A stretch of DNA of 64,000 nucleotides from an uncultured Acidobacteriota bacterium (GCA_963806085.1 CAWDWR010000003.1:943498-1007497), one strand, 5' to 3'; shown: positions 44,506 to 55,071, numbered from the stretch's first letter. The notes: generated by a model not told the origin, from the sequence alone. A program made the numbers and translations.

Positions 44506-45423
44506 TCACAGCAAATAGGCGAGGGCGAAGCCGACCTGGGCGACGAACATCATGCGGTACATGTGCGCCCACGACACGTGGTTCTCCTCCACGGCCAGGT
44601 CGTCCGGACGGCGCAGCATCAGGTAGCACACATACAGCCCGTAGGCGGTCATGAACGCGCCGAGCGCCTGCAGCAGCCAGAAGTTGCCCGTCAGCACGCC
44701 GGTCCACGCGCCGATCGGGATCATCAGGAACGGGAGCACGAACGACGGCGAGATCATCCACGCCGCCTTCGTGACGCCGAACTGGATCGGCAGCGTCCGG
44801 CAGCCCCCGCGGGCGTCGCCGTCCATGTCGGCAAAGTCCTTGGTCGTCGTCGCGCCGAGCAGGAATAGTCCGAAGATCGCGCCGAGGAACCACGGCTCGA
44901 ACCCCATGGCCGTCTTCACCGACGACCACCCGGCCACTTTCAGCAGGACGCCCCGCGGGATCGCGATCGTCACGTTCGCCCAGATGCCGAGCCGCTTCGT
45001 CCGGAACGGCGGCACCGAGTAGAGCGTCGTGATCGCCCCCGCCGCCAGCACCATCCAGAAACACTCGTGGCGTCCGCCTGGCGCGACGAACCACGCCAGC
45101 ACAAACGCCAGAACGAAGCTCGCAATCGTGACCACCCACGCCTCGCGCATCGACAGGCGCCCGCTCGGGAGCGGCCGCTTCGGCTTGTTGATGCGGTCGA
45201 TGTCGAAGTCGTAGATCTGGTTCAAGCCGTTGGAGGCGATGTTCAGCACCGCCGCCATGAGGGCGCCGATGGCCGGCGCGGCCAGCAGTCCCCAACTCCA
45301 CGGCTCCCGCGGGTGTGCGCCGATCGCCGTCGCCGCGGCGGACGCGAAGCCCAGCGCGGGAGCGATGAGCGTGAACGGCCGGGCGAAATCGACGAGGGTC
45401 CTTACGCGCGACGTGTCGCTCAC
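44506..45423 (-). CDS. UbiA-superfamily aromatic prenyltransferase, homogentisate phytyl/prenyl-transferase-like motifs
   Basis: Intact. The GTG start overlaps the upstream stop (GTGA). The first Asp-rich motif is NGLNQIYDFDIDRINKPKRPLPSG and the second is KDFADMDGDARGGCRTLPIQFG. There are 8-9 TM helices. Confidence 0.75.
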   Translation of the reverse strand: MSDTSRVRTLVDFARPFTLIAPALGFASAAATAIGAHPREPWSWGLLAAPAIGALMAAVLNIASNGLNQIYDFDIDRINKPKRPLPSGRLSMREAWVVTIASFVLAFVLAWFVAPGGRHECFWMVLAAGAITTLYSVPPFRTKRLGIWANVTIAIPRGVLLKVAGWSSVKTAMGFEPWFLGAIFGLFLLGATTTKDFADMDGDARGGCRTLPIQFGVTKAAWMISPSFVLPFLMIPIGAWTGVLTGNFWLLQALGAFMTAYGLYVCYLMLRRPDDLAVEENHVSWAHMYRMMFVAQVGFALAYLL

Positions 45424-46130
45424 GACATCCTCACGATCGCGATCGCGACAATGGCGCCCGTCGCGGTGTTGATGAAGTTCAGAAGATCGTTGTTGACGAT
45501 GCCCGACGCCTCGAGCGTCGCGGCCAGGGCGCTCTCGAGGACGGACCCGGCGATTGCCCCGGCGACCACCGCCCACACCGTCCATGCCGGAACGAGTCCA
45601 AGGAGCGCGCCGCACCCCGCCAGCGCCAGCGCGCCGAGAATGCCGGCCGCCGATCCTTCGAGCGACACCGCGCCGGGCGTGCCCGGCCGCACCTCGGCGA
45701 GCGTGGCCGGCAGGTACGTCTTTCCGCCCCAGGCCTTGCCGATCTCGCTTGCCACCGTATCGCCGCCGCCCGTGGCCAGGGCGGCGACGAACGCAAGCAG
45801 AGCGGCCTCACGATAAGGCGTCGCCACCGCCGCGGCCGCCGCGATCGCGGCGAGCCCCGTGTTCGCGAACGCGTTGCCCCCGCCACGCCGCCCTTCGCGC
45901 TCTTCCGCGATGCCGAGCAGCGCCTTCTTCTTCATTCCCAGCCGCGAGGTCACTGTCGCGGTCGCGAATGTGAGGAACAGCAGCGCCCATCCCCCGAAGC
46001 CGAGCGAGGCGAACACCGCCACGCCGATGGCCCAGCCGACGAGCATGCCGGACAGTCGCACGGTTCGCGCCAGATAGCCGCCGAGCGCCGCAACCGTGTT
46101 CACGACGATGGCCGGCACCAGGTTGGCCAT
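45420..46130 (-). CDS. DUF92/TMEM19-family membrane protein (the family of plant VTE6 phytyl-phosphate kinase)
   Basis: MANLVPAIVVNTVAALGGYLARTV..VTSRLGMKKKA..RRGGGNAFANTG..TGGGDTVASEIGKAWGG..GAVSLEGSAAGILG. Its start overlaps the upstream stop (TGATG). Confidence 0.65.
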   Translation of the reverse strand: MANLVPAIVVNTVAALGGYLARTVRLSGMLVGWAIGVAVFASLGFGGWALLFLTFATATVTSRLGMKKKALLGIAEEREGRRGGGNAFANTGLAAIAAAAAVATPYREAALLAFVAALATGGGDTVASEIGKAWGGKTYLPATLAEVRPGTPGAVSLEGSAAGILGALALAGCGALLGLVPAWTVWAVVAGAIAGSVLESALAATLEASGIVNNDLLNFINTATGAIVAIAIVRMS

Positions 46131-46758
46131 CACGCCGTCGACATGTCCGACGTCCACGCCGCCGCCGTTACGAGGCTGCACAGCCAGAGCACCGCGCCGG
46201 CGGTGGCGGGCACCGAAATGTTGTCGTCGAGCGCGATCGGGATGGTCTCCACCAGCCCCGCGGCCGCGGCGGCGATGACGGGCGCGATCAGGATGAACGT
46301 CATCGACGGCGGCGGCGTCACTGCCGGGGCCGTCCACCAGGCTAAGCAGCACCGCCGCGGCCCCACCCAGGACGACGAAGGCGAGCCATGCCCTCCACCG
46401 TCTTCCCGGGGTTCCAACTCAAGCGGTGGCGTCCCCACCGCCTTCCCGCGAGCGTCGCTGCCCCGTCGCCGATGGCCAGAATCCCCCACGCGCCCGCCGC
46501 GATGTCGAGCCGGGCCGGAAAGGCGAGGATGAGCAGCAGCACGCTGACGGGATAGATGAGGATCCCGCTCGGGTAGCCGCGCGAAACGTCGGCCGGCCGG
46601 AGGATGGCGCGTCCTCCGGTCCGCGGCAGGACGACGGCGTTGAAGACCAGTGCCGCAACCGCAAAGAGCGCCGCCTGCCACCACGTCAGCACCCGCAGCA
46701 GCAGCGCGAACGCGCCCATCGACATGTGCACGAGCTGGCGCGCGGTCTCGGAGAACAT
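46130..46758 (-). CDS. Polyprenol/phytol kinase-like membrane protein (VTE5/dolichol-kinase/CTP-transferase-1 type), frameshifted in this assembly
   Basis: Segments: QLVHMSMGAFALLL, GILAIGDGAATLAGRRWGRHRLSWNPGKTVEG. The C-terminus in another frame is LVETIPIALDDNISVPATAG. Confidence 0.55.
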
Positions 46759-46760
46759 CT

Positions 46761-47711
46761 TCAGGCTGCGTCCGGGACGGCAAGAAGCGCCCTGACCAGC
46801 CGCGCCACGCCCTCCTCGAGGGGCGTCACGCGGTAGCCAAGTTCCTCGGAAGCACGAGCGTGCCCGAGGGGCCAGTCCCGCAGCAGGATCTCCAGTGTTC
46901 CTGTCGTGATGAGCGGCGCCCGCCGGAATCCCTCCGCCAGCAGCTCATAGGCGAAGGCCGCCGGCGATGCCAGCCAGTCGGGGATGCGCCGGGGCTGCGC
47001 GCGCCCGGTCAACTGCCTCACGATGTCGAAGACACGCATCTGCGGGGCATCCACCCCGCCAAGCGGATAGCGCGCACCGGGCGTGCCAGCTTCCAGGGCC
47101 GCGACGTGCGCCGCCGCGACATCGTCGACGAAGGAGAAAGACCAGATGCGATCGCCGCCGATCACGCCGGGCAGCCGCCTGGCCAGATGATCCCGGACCA
47201 TGCCGCCGACCAGGTTGCCTTCCGTTGCGGCGCCCGGGCCGTAGATCACGCCGGGATACAGCCGGATGATCGGGGCGCCCTGCCGCACGGCGGCCTCGGC
47301 GAGCCTGTTGGCGGCGGACTTGGTCCGCTGGTAGTCGTTCCAGTCCGGCGCCGCCTCGAGGCCGGCGGGCGTCAGGGCGAGGAACGACGAGGTGTAAACC
47401 AGGCGCCTGATGTTGTGGCGGGCCGCGGCACGGAGGATGGTCTGCAGCGCGCCCACGTTCACCTCGTCGAAATCGCCGCGTCGGGGCCTCCACGTCGCAA
47501 CCAGCGCCGCGCTGTGCAGGATCGCCCCGCACCCCCGGGCCGCATCGCTGAGCCGGGTCGCATCGCGGACGTCGCCGTCGACGGCAGAGGCGGGCAGGCC
47601 TGACCTGCTCGCGCTTCTGCCGTAGAGCACGACGTCGTGCCCCGATGCGCAGAGCGCGCCGACAACGGCCCGCCCGAGGTAGCCGGTCCCGCCGGTGACC
47701 AGGACCTTCAT
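46761..47711 (-). CDS. NAD-dependent epimerase/dehydratase family protein (extended SDR)
   Basis: Intact. Motifs: MKVLVTGGTGYLGRAVV and YQRTKSAAN (YxxxK). The stop lies 3 nt from the downstream kinase start. Confidence 0.75.
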   Translation of the reverse strand: MKVLVTGGTGYLGRAVVGALCASGHDVVLYGRSASRSGLPASAVDGDVRDATRLSDAARGCGAILHSAALVATWRPRRGDFDEVNVGALQTILRAAARHNIRRLVYTSSFLALTPAGLEAAPDWNDYQRTKSAANRLAEAAVRQGAPIIRLYPGVIYGPGAATEGNLVGGMVRDHLARRLPGVIGGDRIWSFSFVDDVAAAHVAALEAGTPGARYPLGGVDAPQMRVFDIVRQLTGRAQPRRIPDWLASPAAFAYELLAEGFRRAPLITTGTLEILLRDWPLGHARASEELGYRVTPLEEGVARLVRALLAVPDAA

Positions 47712-47718
47712 GGGCGTC

Positions 47719-48681
47719 TCACGCCGCGCGCCGCCAGTAGGCCAACAGGTCGCGGAGAGTCTCGTCGAGGGGCACGCGCGGCTCCCAGCCGGTCGCCTCC
47801 GTGATGCGCGACGGATCGCCAAGCAGCAGCGGCGTGTCGTTCGGGCGGAAGCGTTCGGGGTCGGGCCGGACGTCGACGCGGACACGCGCGTCCGCGACGA
47901 TGGCATCGAGCAGGTCGCGCATCCGTGAGGCGCGGCCCGAGCAGACGTTGTACGCGCAGCCCGGGGTCCCGTGCTCGGCGAGGGCCCGATAGGCGCGCAC
48001 CGTATCGCGCACGTCCGTGAGGTCTCGGCGGCTTTCGAGGTTGCCGACGCGGATGACCGGCTCCAGGCGGCCCGCCTCGATGAGCGCCACCTGACGCGCC
48101 ACGCCGGACGCGAAGAAGGACGGATCCTGGCGCGGCCCGATGTGGTTGAAGGCGCGGGCCACGACAGCGTGGAGGCCGTCGACGCGGGCGGCGCGAATGA
48201 CCGCCAGTTCGGTTGCCACCTTGCTGATGGCGTACGGGTTCGTGGCCTCGACGGCATCGTCTTCGTTGAGCGCCCGGTCGGCCGGGCGGTACACATAGGC
48301 CGAGCTCGGCACCACCACCCGGCTCGCAGCGCTTTCAAGCCGAATCGCCTCGAGCAGGGCGTGGGTGCCCATGACATTGACCGCGAGTGTCTCGGTGGCG
48401 GCCGACCAGGACTGCCCGACGTGAGGCACGCCGGCGAGGTGATAGACGGCGGCAGGCGCCGTCTCGGCCACCACCCTCCGCATCGCCTCGCGGTCGAGCA
48501 GGTCGATTTCCAGCCACGTGATCGCCGGGTAGGCGGCCTGCGTCTCCGCGCCGACACCCGGCTTGCGCAGGGCGACGATGCGCACGCCGTCCTGCGAGAG
48601 CAGGTCCAGCAAGTGGGACCCGGCGAAACCCGCGGCGCCGGTGACGAGGACGGTGGGCTGTCGGCTCATAGGCAGCGGCAT
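47719..48681 (-). CDS. NAD-dependent sugar-nucleotide epimerase/reductase (GDP-6-deoxy-mannose reductase-like SDR)
   Basis: Intact. Motifs: VLVTGAAGFAGSHLLDLL, NPYAISKVA, RAFNHIGPRQ, RDLTDVRD. Confidence 0.7.
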   Translation of the reverse strand: MPLPMSRQPTVLVTGAAGFAGSHLLDLLSQDGVRIVALRKPGVGAETQAAYPAITWLEIDLLDREAMRRVVAETAPAAVYHLAGVPHVGQSWSAATETLAVNVMGTHALLEAIRLESAASRVVVPSSAYVYRPADRALNEDDAVEATNPYAISKVATELAVIRAARVDGLHAVVARAFNHIGPRQDPSFFASGVARQVALIEAGRLEPVIRVGNLESRRDLTDVRDTVRAYRALAEHGTPGCAYNVCSGRASRMRDLLDAIVADARVRVDVRPDPERFRPNDTPLLLGDPSRITEATGWEPRVPLDETLRDLLAYWRRAA

Positions 48682-48697
48682 CACTCGCGGCGTGCGG

Positions 48698-49717
48698 CTA
48701 CGCCCCGGTCCTGGCCGAGTACTGCGCCTTGTAGTAGGCCTGGAAAGCCGGGTCTTCGTGCTTGATCGGCCTCCACCACCACGGGCTGGCCTTGTACCAC
48801 TCGACCGTGGCCGCGAGCCCGTCTGCGAACACATGCCGGGGAGTCCACCCGAGCGCCCGCAGCTTCGCGGTGTCGAGGGCGTACCGCCGGTCGTGGCCGA
48901 GCCGGTCGGCCACCGGGCGGATCAGCGTGTCCGGCTTGCCGGTCAGTTGAAGGATGCGCCGCGTGAGATCGACGTTCGGCACCTCGTTTCCGCCGCCGAT
49001 GTTGTAGACCTCGCCGTCGGCGCCCTTGTCGATCACCAGGTCGATGGCCGAGCAGTGGTCCTCGACGTGCAGCCAGTCGCGCACGTTCATCCCGTCGCCG
49101 TACAGCGGCAGGTCGCGGTCCTCGAGGGCATTGGTGATGAAGAGCGGGATCACCTTCTCGGGAAACTGGTACGGCCCGTAGTTGTTCGACGCGCGCGTGA
49201 CGACGACAGGCACCTGGTAGGTGGCCCAGTAGCTGTACGCGAGGCGGTCCGCGCCGGCCTTGCTGGCCGAGTAGGGATTGCGCGGCCGCAGTTCGTCGGT
49301 CTCCTTCGAGGCGCCGGTCGGGACCGAGCCATAGACCTCGTCGGTCGAGATCTGGATGAAGCGGCGCAGGCCGGTGGCCTGGCGGGCCGCCTCGAGCAGG
49401 GCGAAGGTGCCGAAGACGTCGGTGTGGATGAACGCCCCGGCGCTCTGCAGGGATCGATCCACGTGGGTCTCGGCCGCGAAGTGCACCACGACGTGCGAGC
49501 CCCTCACGAGCGGGGCGCTGACGGCACTGTCGGCGATGTCGCCCAGCACGAACGTGTGCCGCGGGCTGTCGAGCACGTCGTGCAGGTTCTCGAGGCGGCC
49601 GCAGTAGGTCAGCTTGTCCAGCGTGGTGACGTGCCAGTCCGGGTGCGTGCGCAGGGCGAAGCGCACGAAGTTGCTGCCGATGAACCCGGCGCCGCCGGTG
49701 ACGAGTACCTTGACCAT
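48698..49717 (-). CDS. rfbB: dTDP-glucose 4,6-dehydratase
   Basis: Intact 339 aa. Motifs: VLVTGGAGFIGSNF, FIQISTDEVYG, NPYSASKAGADRL, GDGMNVRDWLHVEDH. Confidence 0.9.
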   Translation of the reverse strand: MVKVLVTGGAGFIGSNFVRFALRTHPDWHVTTLDKLTYCGRLENLHDVLDSPRHTFVLGDIADSAVSAPLVRGSHVVVHFAAETHVDRSLQSAGAFIHTDVFGTFALLEAARQATGLRRFIQISTDEVYGSVPTGASKETDELRPRNPYSASKAGADRLAYSYWATYQVPVVVTRASNNYGPYQFPEKVIPLFITNALEDRDLPLYGDGMNVRDWLHVEDHCSAIDLVIDKGADGEVYNIGGGNEVPNVDLTRRILQLTGKPDTLIRPVADRLGHDRRYALDTAKLRALGWTPRHVFADGLAATVEWYKASPWWWRPIKHEDPAFQAYYKAQYSARTGA

Positions 49718-49745
49718 CGCGCCCTGTCCTCCCGTGCCGGCCCGC

Positions 49746-52083
49746 CTACCGGTAGACGCCCGTCGGGCTCATGTTGCCGAACGGCGGCGAGAACGACCCG
49801 ATTCCCGCCAGCGAGATGGAAATGCTGAAGCGGCGATCCTGCTGGACGGTCGGCGAGTAGACGCCGCCGTAGCTGTAGCCGCCGAAGTTGAACGTCTGGA
49901 ACTCGGCCGTCACGCCGCAGCACTGGGCGTTGTAGTACGCGAGGTACCGGCGCTGCAGGAAGTACGCGTTCTTGATGTCGTAGTTGAACGAGACGCCCAC
50001 GCCGTACCGGTTCTGGCTGAAGCGGAGGCTGGCGTCCGCGTTCAGGTAGTGGTTCGCGCGCGACGGGTCGTCGTAGCCGGAGAGGTTCGCGATGTAGCGC
50101 CGCTGGCTCCAGCCGGCCGACACCATGCCGTGCTCGCCCAGCATGTACGTGCCCGCGGCGCCCAGGGTCATGAACGCGTTCACGTACGTGTTGTACTCGG
50201 TCCGGAACGTCGCGTTCAGCTCGTCGGCGGGCGAGAACCTCGCCGCCAGCGAGACCGGCGACAGGCTCTTCGGCAGGACCGTGCCGAAACTGGTGGAGTA
50301 GTTGGGGTCGACGGCCGACGCCAGGGAATTCGTGTAGTAGGTCTGGCGGATGCCGACGTTGAGGATCTCGCGCGACCGGCCGCCGTCGGCGCCGCCCTTG
50401 CGCTTCGCGTACACGCGGTTGTTCAACCCGTACATGATCCGCGTCGTGCCGCCGACGATGTAGTCGGTCGAATCGAGGCGCACGATCCGGTTGTCGAGAT
50501 CGATCATCGTCACCCGCTGCAGGTTCACCCAGGGTTCGATGGTGTGCTTGATCTTCTCGGCGTAGCCGCTGTCGGGCGTGTTGTAGATCCGGTTCAGCAC
50601 CGGGCCGACGATGCGCGCCTGCAGATCGAAGTAGCTGCGGCTGATGGACTGGGGAACCTGCTGGCCGTTCACGGGGCTCAGGCTCTCGCTCCACCACGTG
50701 TAGCGCCAGCCCAGCGAGGAGTTCACGGTGAAGAAGGGAAACTTGCGCCACGGGAAGCGCAGCGTCGGCGTGGCGTCGACCCGCTGCAGGCCCGAGTCGT
50801 AGGTCGACGCGCCCGAGATCGTCTGCCGCACCATCGCCGAGTACTCGCCCGCCACGCCGAAGTAGACCGGCCACTTCTTGATCGGCTGCTCGCCTCGGCT
50901 GACCGACGACGCGCGGCAGCGCTCCCGAGACCGTCGAATCGTCCGCGTTGAAGAAGTACTGGCTCCGGTCGATCCAGGCGCCGACGCTGTACGGGCCGTA
51001 GTTGCCGCTCACGCTGCCGGAGAAGCTCCGCTGCCGCCTCGACGTGTCGTAGACGTTGGTGTTGTAGGTCCGCTGGACCGTGATGTCGGAGAAGTAGTCG
51101 AGGCGCAGGCGGCCCCGCAGCCTGAACGGGAGGTTCTGGGCCAGGTTCGCCGCGAGCGTCGAAACTGCGCCGCCCCGCCACGTCGACCGTGCCGCCCGTG
51201 CCGTCGGGCGCGGTGGTGGGCCGCTCGTTCAGCATGTAGAACCGCGCGTCGCCCGACGAGGACCGCGAGCGGACGTAGCGGTACTCGCTGCCGAACCCGT
51301 GGCCCGTCTTCGAGAACCAGTCGTAGTTGAACGTCGCGTCCTGGCTGCGGCTGATCGCCCAGAAGAACGCGTTGCTGATGGTGTTCCCCTTGAGCGTCGA
51401 CGTCGGTGTACATCGGCAGCAGGAAGCCGGTGGCCCGGTCCTCCTTGTTGATCGGGTAGTACATGATCGGCAGGTAGAGGACCGGCAGGCCCTTCACCCG
51501 CATCAGCGAGTTCTGCAGCATGGCGTAGTGGTCGATGTTCAGGATCACCGTCCCCGACGTGATCTCCCAGCGCGGCTTCGGCTGCACGCACGTCGTGAAG
51601 CCGCCGTCGGTGATCCGGTATCGCTTCTCGCCGATCTTCTCCAGCGTCTCGCCGTAGAAGAGCACCTCCGGCTCCTGCGTGCCGAAGACGCGCTTTTCGG
51701 CCGGCGGCTCCTGTTCCGGATGCAGGAGCGCGCTGCCCGACGCGTGATGGAACGTGCCGAGCTTCGTCTTCGTGTTGAACTCGAGCGAGTCGGCCGAGAT
51801 GCGCTGCGTCGGCGTCGTCACCGTGACGTTGCCCCGGGCGAGCAGCAGGTCGCGGTCGGTGAAGATTTCCACCTCGTCGGCGAAGATCTTCGTGTCGTCC
51901 TTGTCGATCTCGACGTCGCCGGTCAGCTTCCAGTGCGCGTCGCCGATGCGCTCGATGTACCACTGGCGCGCCGCGTCCACGCCCGGAATGGCCTGGCCGC
52001 CGGCCTGCTGCGCGAAGGCGCCCGCGGGCGCCAGCAGGGCCGCCAGCGCCAGCCACACGAGACGCGCGGGGCGGAGTCGTCAT
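49746..52083 (-). CDS. lptD: LPS-assembly outer membrane protein LptD/OstA, frameshifted in this assembly; start 52058 or 52083
   Basis: A signal peptide is present. The OstA-like N-domain reads KLTGDVEIDKDDTKIFADEVEIFTDRDLLLARGNVTV. Also GFLLPMY. A long beta-barrel region is rich in alternating aromatic residues and ends ..SLAGIGSFSPPFG. Confidence 0.8.
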
Positions 52084-52094
52084 CGACCCGAAGA

Positions 52095-53400
52095 TTACCA
52101 TGCCGGCGCCGCGGCTTTCGAGGCGCGGGAGCACGGCGCCGAGCAGGAAGATCGAGCCTGCGACGGTGATCGCCGGTCCGGCGCTCCAGGCGGCGTCGAG
52201 GGCGCCCTCGGGATCGGCGGCCACCATCACGTCCGCGCCGGGATCGATGGCCAGCGCCGCCGCTCTCAGGGCGCCGGGATCGGCGGCGCGCGGCGTCGGC
52301 GGCGCCGTGAGGACCACGCGCGATCGCGCACGGCAGCAGGCAGCCGGAGCATCCCGCCGTAGTCCTTGTCGCGCATCGCGCCAAAGACGAGCGGCTGGCG
52401 CCCGCCCGGCAGGGCCTCGCGCAGGTACTCGGCCAGCGCGGCCGCTCCCGCCTCGTTGTGCGCGGCGTCGAGCAGCACCCGCCGCCCGTCGGCGAGGCGG
52501 CGCCAGTCGAGCCGGCCGGGCCACCTCGCCTCGCGCAGCCCGCGTTCGATGGCGGCCGCGGCACCGCCAAGCCCTCTCCCGACAGCGCTTCGAGCAACCG
52601 CACGGCGACCAGCGCGTTCTGGACCTGGTGGCGGCCCCTCAGACCCAGCGTCAGCGGGCCGTAGGCCCCCGCCGGCGTGCGCAGCGTCATCGTCGTCTCG
52701 CCCTCTGTCATCGTCGCCTGCACCGACGCGCCTTCCGCCGCGTCGCACGAACCGCGCTCCGCTCCGCGCGCACGCGGCGGCGATCACGGCGCGCGGCCCG
52801 GCGGCCCGTTCACCGCAGACGAGCGGCATGCCGGGCTTGACGATCCCGGCCTTTTCGACGGCGATCGCTTCGAGCGTGCCGCCGAGATACTGCTGGTGAT
52901 CCAGCGCGATGTTCGTGATCGCGCCCGCGCGCGGCGAGGCCACCGACGTGGCGTCGAGACGCCCGCCCATGCCCACTTCGAGCACCGCCACCTCGCACGT
53001 CGCGCCGCCTGAACATCTCGAAGGCGGCGGCCGTGGCCACCTCGAAGAACGTCGGCGTCGCCTGCAGCCGCCCGTCCGTCCGCAGCCGGTCGATGAGCAC
53101 GCGCAGGTGCTCCACGACCTCCTCGAGCTCAGCGGGGGCCACCTGCACGCCGTCGATGGTGAAGCGTTCCTCGATGCGGACCAGGTGCGGCGAGGTGTAG
53201 CAGCCGGTCCGGTATCCGGCGGCCGACAGGGCCGCCGACGCCATCGCGCACACCGACCCCTTGCCGTTCGTGCCCGCCACGGCCACCGACGGACACGCGT
53301 CCTGCGGCCTGCCCAGCGCGTCCGTTATGACCCGGATGTTGTCGAGGCCCAGCTTGTGGCCGTGGAATTCGAGGCCGAAGAGATACTCAAGCGGGTGCAT
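52095..53400 (-). CDS. folC: Bifunctional folylpolyglutamate/dihydrofolate synthase FolC, frameshifted in this assembly
   Basis: Motifs: [62 protein letters not shown]. At least 4 frame changes. Confidence 0.85.
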
Positions 53401-54237
53401 GCATGAATCGCAGGGCCTTGGCCACCGTGCGCCTTGAGCTCGCGCCGGTCGACGACCATGTCGATCATGCCGTGCGCGAGCAGGAACTCGCTGCGCTGGA
53501 ACCCGTCGGGCAGCGTCTGGCGGATCGTCTGCTCGATGACGCGCGGGCCGGCGAACCCGATGAGCGCCTTCGGCTCGGCGATGTTGAGGTCGCCCAGCAT
53601 CGCGAAGCTCGCCGTGACGCCGCCCGTCGTCGGATCCGTCAGGATCGAGAGGAACGGAATGCCGGCGCGGTCGAGCCGGGCGAGGGCGGCCGAGACCTTC
53701 GCCATCTGCATCAGCGACAGCGCCCCTTCCATCATCCGCGCGCCGCCCGAGCAGGACACGATGATGACCGGCTGACGCGAGGCCAGGCCGCGCTCAACCG
53801 CCCGGGTGATCTTCTCGCCCACGACGACGCCCATGCTGCCGCCGATGAAGCTGTACTCCATGGCGGCGACGACCACCGGGATGCCGTCCAGCGCGCCGCT
53901 GCCCACGATGACCGCGTCGAGGATGCCCGTGGAGGCCTGGCCGGCCCGCAGGCGGTCGCGGTACGGCTTCGTGTCGGTGAAGGCCAGCGGGTCCAAGGAC
54001 GAGAGACCCGCGTCGTGTTCCTCCCAGGGGCCGTCGAGGAGCGACCGGAGCCGCTCGGTCGCCGTCATGCGGAAATGGTGGGCGCACTTCGGGCAGACCT
54101 GGAGGCTGGCCTGCAGGTCCTTGTTGTAGATGACCTGCGTGCACGAGGGGCACTTGATCCACAGCCCCTCCGGCACCCGCACGGCCGTCGTCCGGCGCCG
54201 GCGCGATCGGCGTCTTCGCTTTCTTGAACCAGGGCAT
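53387..54237 (-). CDS. accD: Acetyl-CoA carboxylase carboxyltransferase beta subunit, frameshifted in this assembly
   Basis: N-terminus MPWFKK. The zinc ribbon is [23 protein letters not shown]. Also [11 protein letters not shown] and [10 protein letters not shown]. The C-terminus ends at TGA 53387-53389 in a second frame. Confidence 0.9.
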
Positions 54238-54250
54238 TCAGGAAAACTGT

Positions 54251-54367
54251 ATCAGAAGTCAGCATCCAGTAGTCAGTAGTCAGTAGTCAGTAGAAAGGCC
54301 ACGTCAGACCGCAGCGGCGTCCGACTGTGCTCTACTGGCTACTGGCTACTGGCTACTGGCTGCTGGT
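54251..54367. repeat. Heptad-repeat hairpin filling the whole dNK-accD spacer
   Basis: The left arm 54251-54293 degenerates toward its outer edge into (GTCAGTA)x3-4. The right arm 54333-54367 is (TACTGGC)x4 plus tgctggt. The units are complementary except for one T:G position per unit. The inner pair is GTCAGAC/GTCCGAC. Confidence 0.85.
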
Positions 54368-55071
54368 TACTTCCTCGGCACGTAGTACTGCGTCCCCCGG
54401 CCCATCGCCTTGAGCTGGCGGAGCAGGTCGTCCACCGCGTCGTCGCTCCGGCCGAAGTCGATCTGCGACGTTTCCACGACGAGCAGCGGCGTGGCCGTGT
54501 AGTGGAAGAAGAAGTGCTGGTACGCCTCGTTCAGCTCCTTCACGTACTCGGGGACGGGCGGTGCCCCTGGTGCTCGGGATCGCGGGCGCGGTCGCGCAGG
54601 CGCTTCAGCAGGATGTCCGTCGGCGCCTGGAGGTAGCACGACGAGATCGGGCGCCGGGATGTCGCGGGCCAGCAGGTCGTAGAGCCGCTGGTAGATGAAC
54701 AGCTCGTTGTCGTCGAGGCTCAGGTACGCGTAGATGCGATCGCGGTCGAACAGGTAGTCGCAGATGGAGACCTGGCTGAACAGGTCCGTCTGGCGAAGGC
54801 CCGACAGCTGGCGATGGCGGTTGAGCAGGAAGAACAGCTGCGCCTGGAACGCGGAGCCCGGCCTATCCTGGTAGAAGTCGGCGAGAAAGGGATTGTCCGC
54901 GTCCTCGAGGATGGCTGTGGCGTCGAGGCGCAGCGCCAGGCGCTCGGCCAGCGCCGTCTTGCCGGCGCCGACCGGGCCTTCAATCGCCAGGTAGCGGTAG
55001 TCCAATCTGCGGCGAGTATACCGACCGCCGCGCGGACAAGGCAAGGCGCGGTAAGATGGCCGCGTGATCAT
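54367..55071 (-). CDS. Deoxynucleoside kinase family protein; two compensating frameshifts; alternative TTG start at 55005
   Basis: Motifs: YLAIEGPVGAGKTALAERL, FLADFYQD..FQAQLFFLLNR, DYLFDRDRIYA. The central stretch (LVVLPPGADG..) reads properly in another frame (YLQAPTDILLKRLRDR). Confidence 0.75.
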   Translation of the reverse strand: MITRPSYRALPCPRGGRYTRRRLDYRYLAIEGPVGAGKTALAERLALRLDATAILEDADNPFLADFYQDRPGSAFQAQLFFLLNRHRQLSGLRQTDLFSQVSICDYLFDRDRIYAYLSLDDNELFIYQRLYDLLARDIPAPDLVVLPPGADGHPAEAPARPRPRSRAPGAPPVPEYVKELNEAYQHFFFHYTATPLLVVETSQIDFGRSDDAVDDLLRQLKAMGRGTQYYVPRK

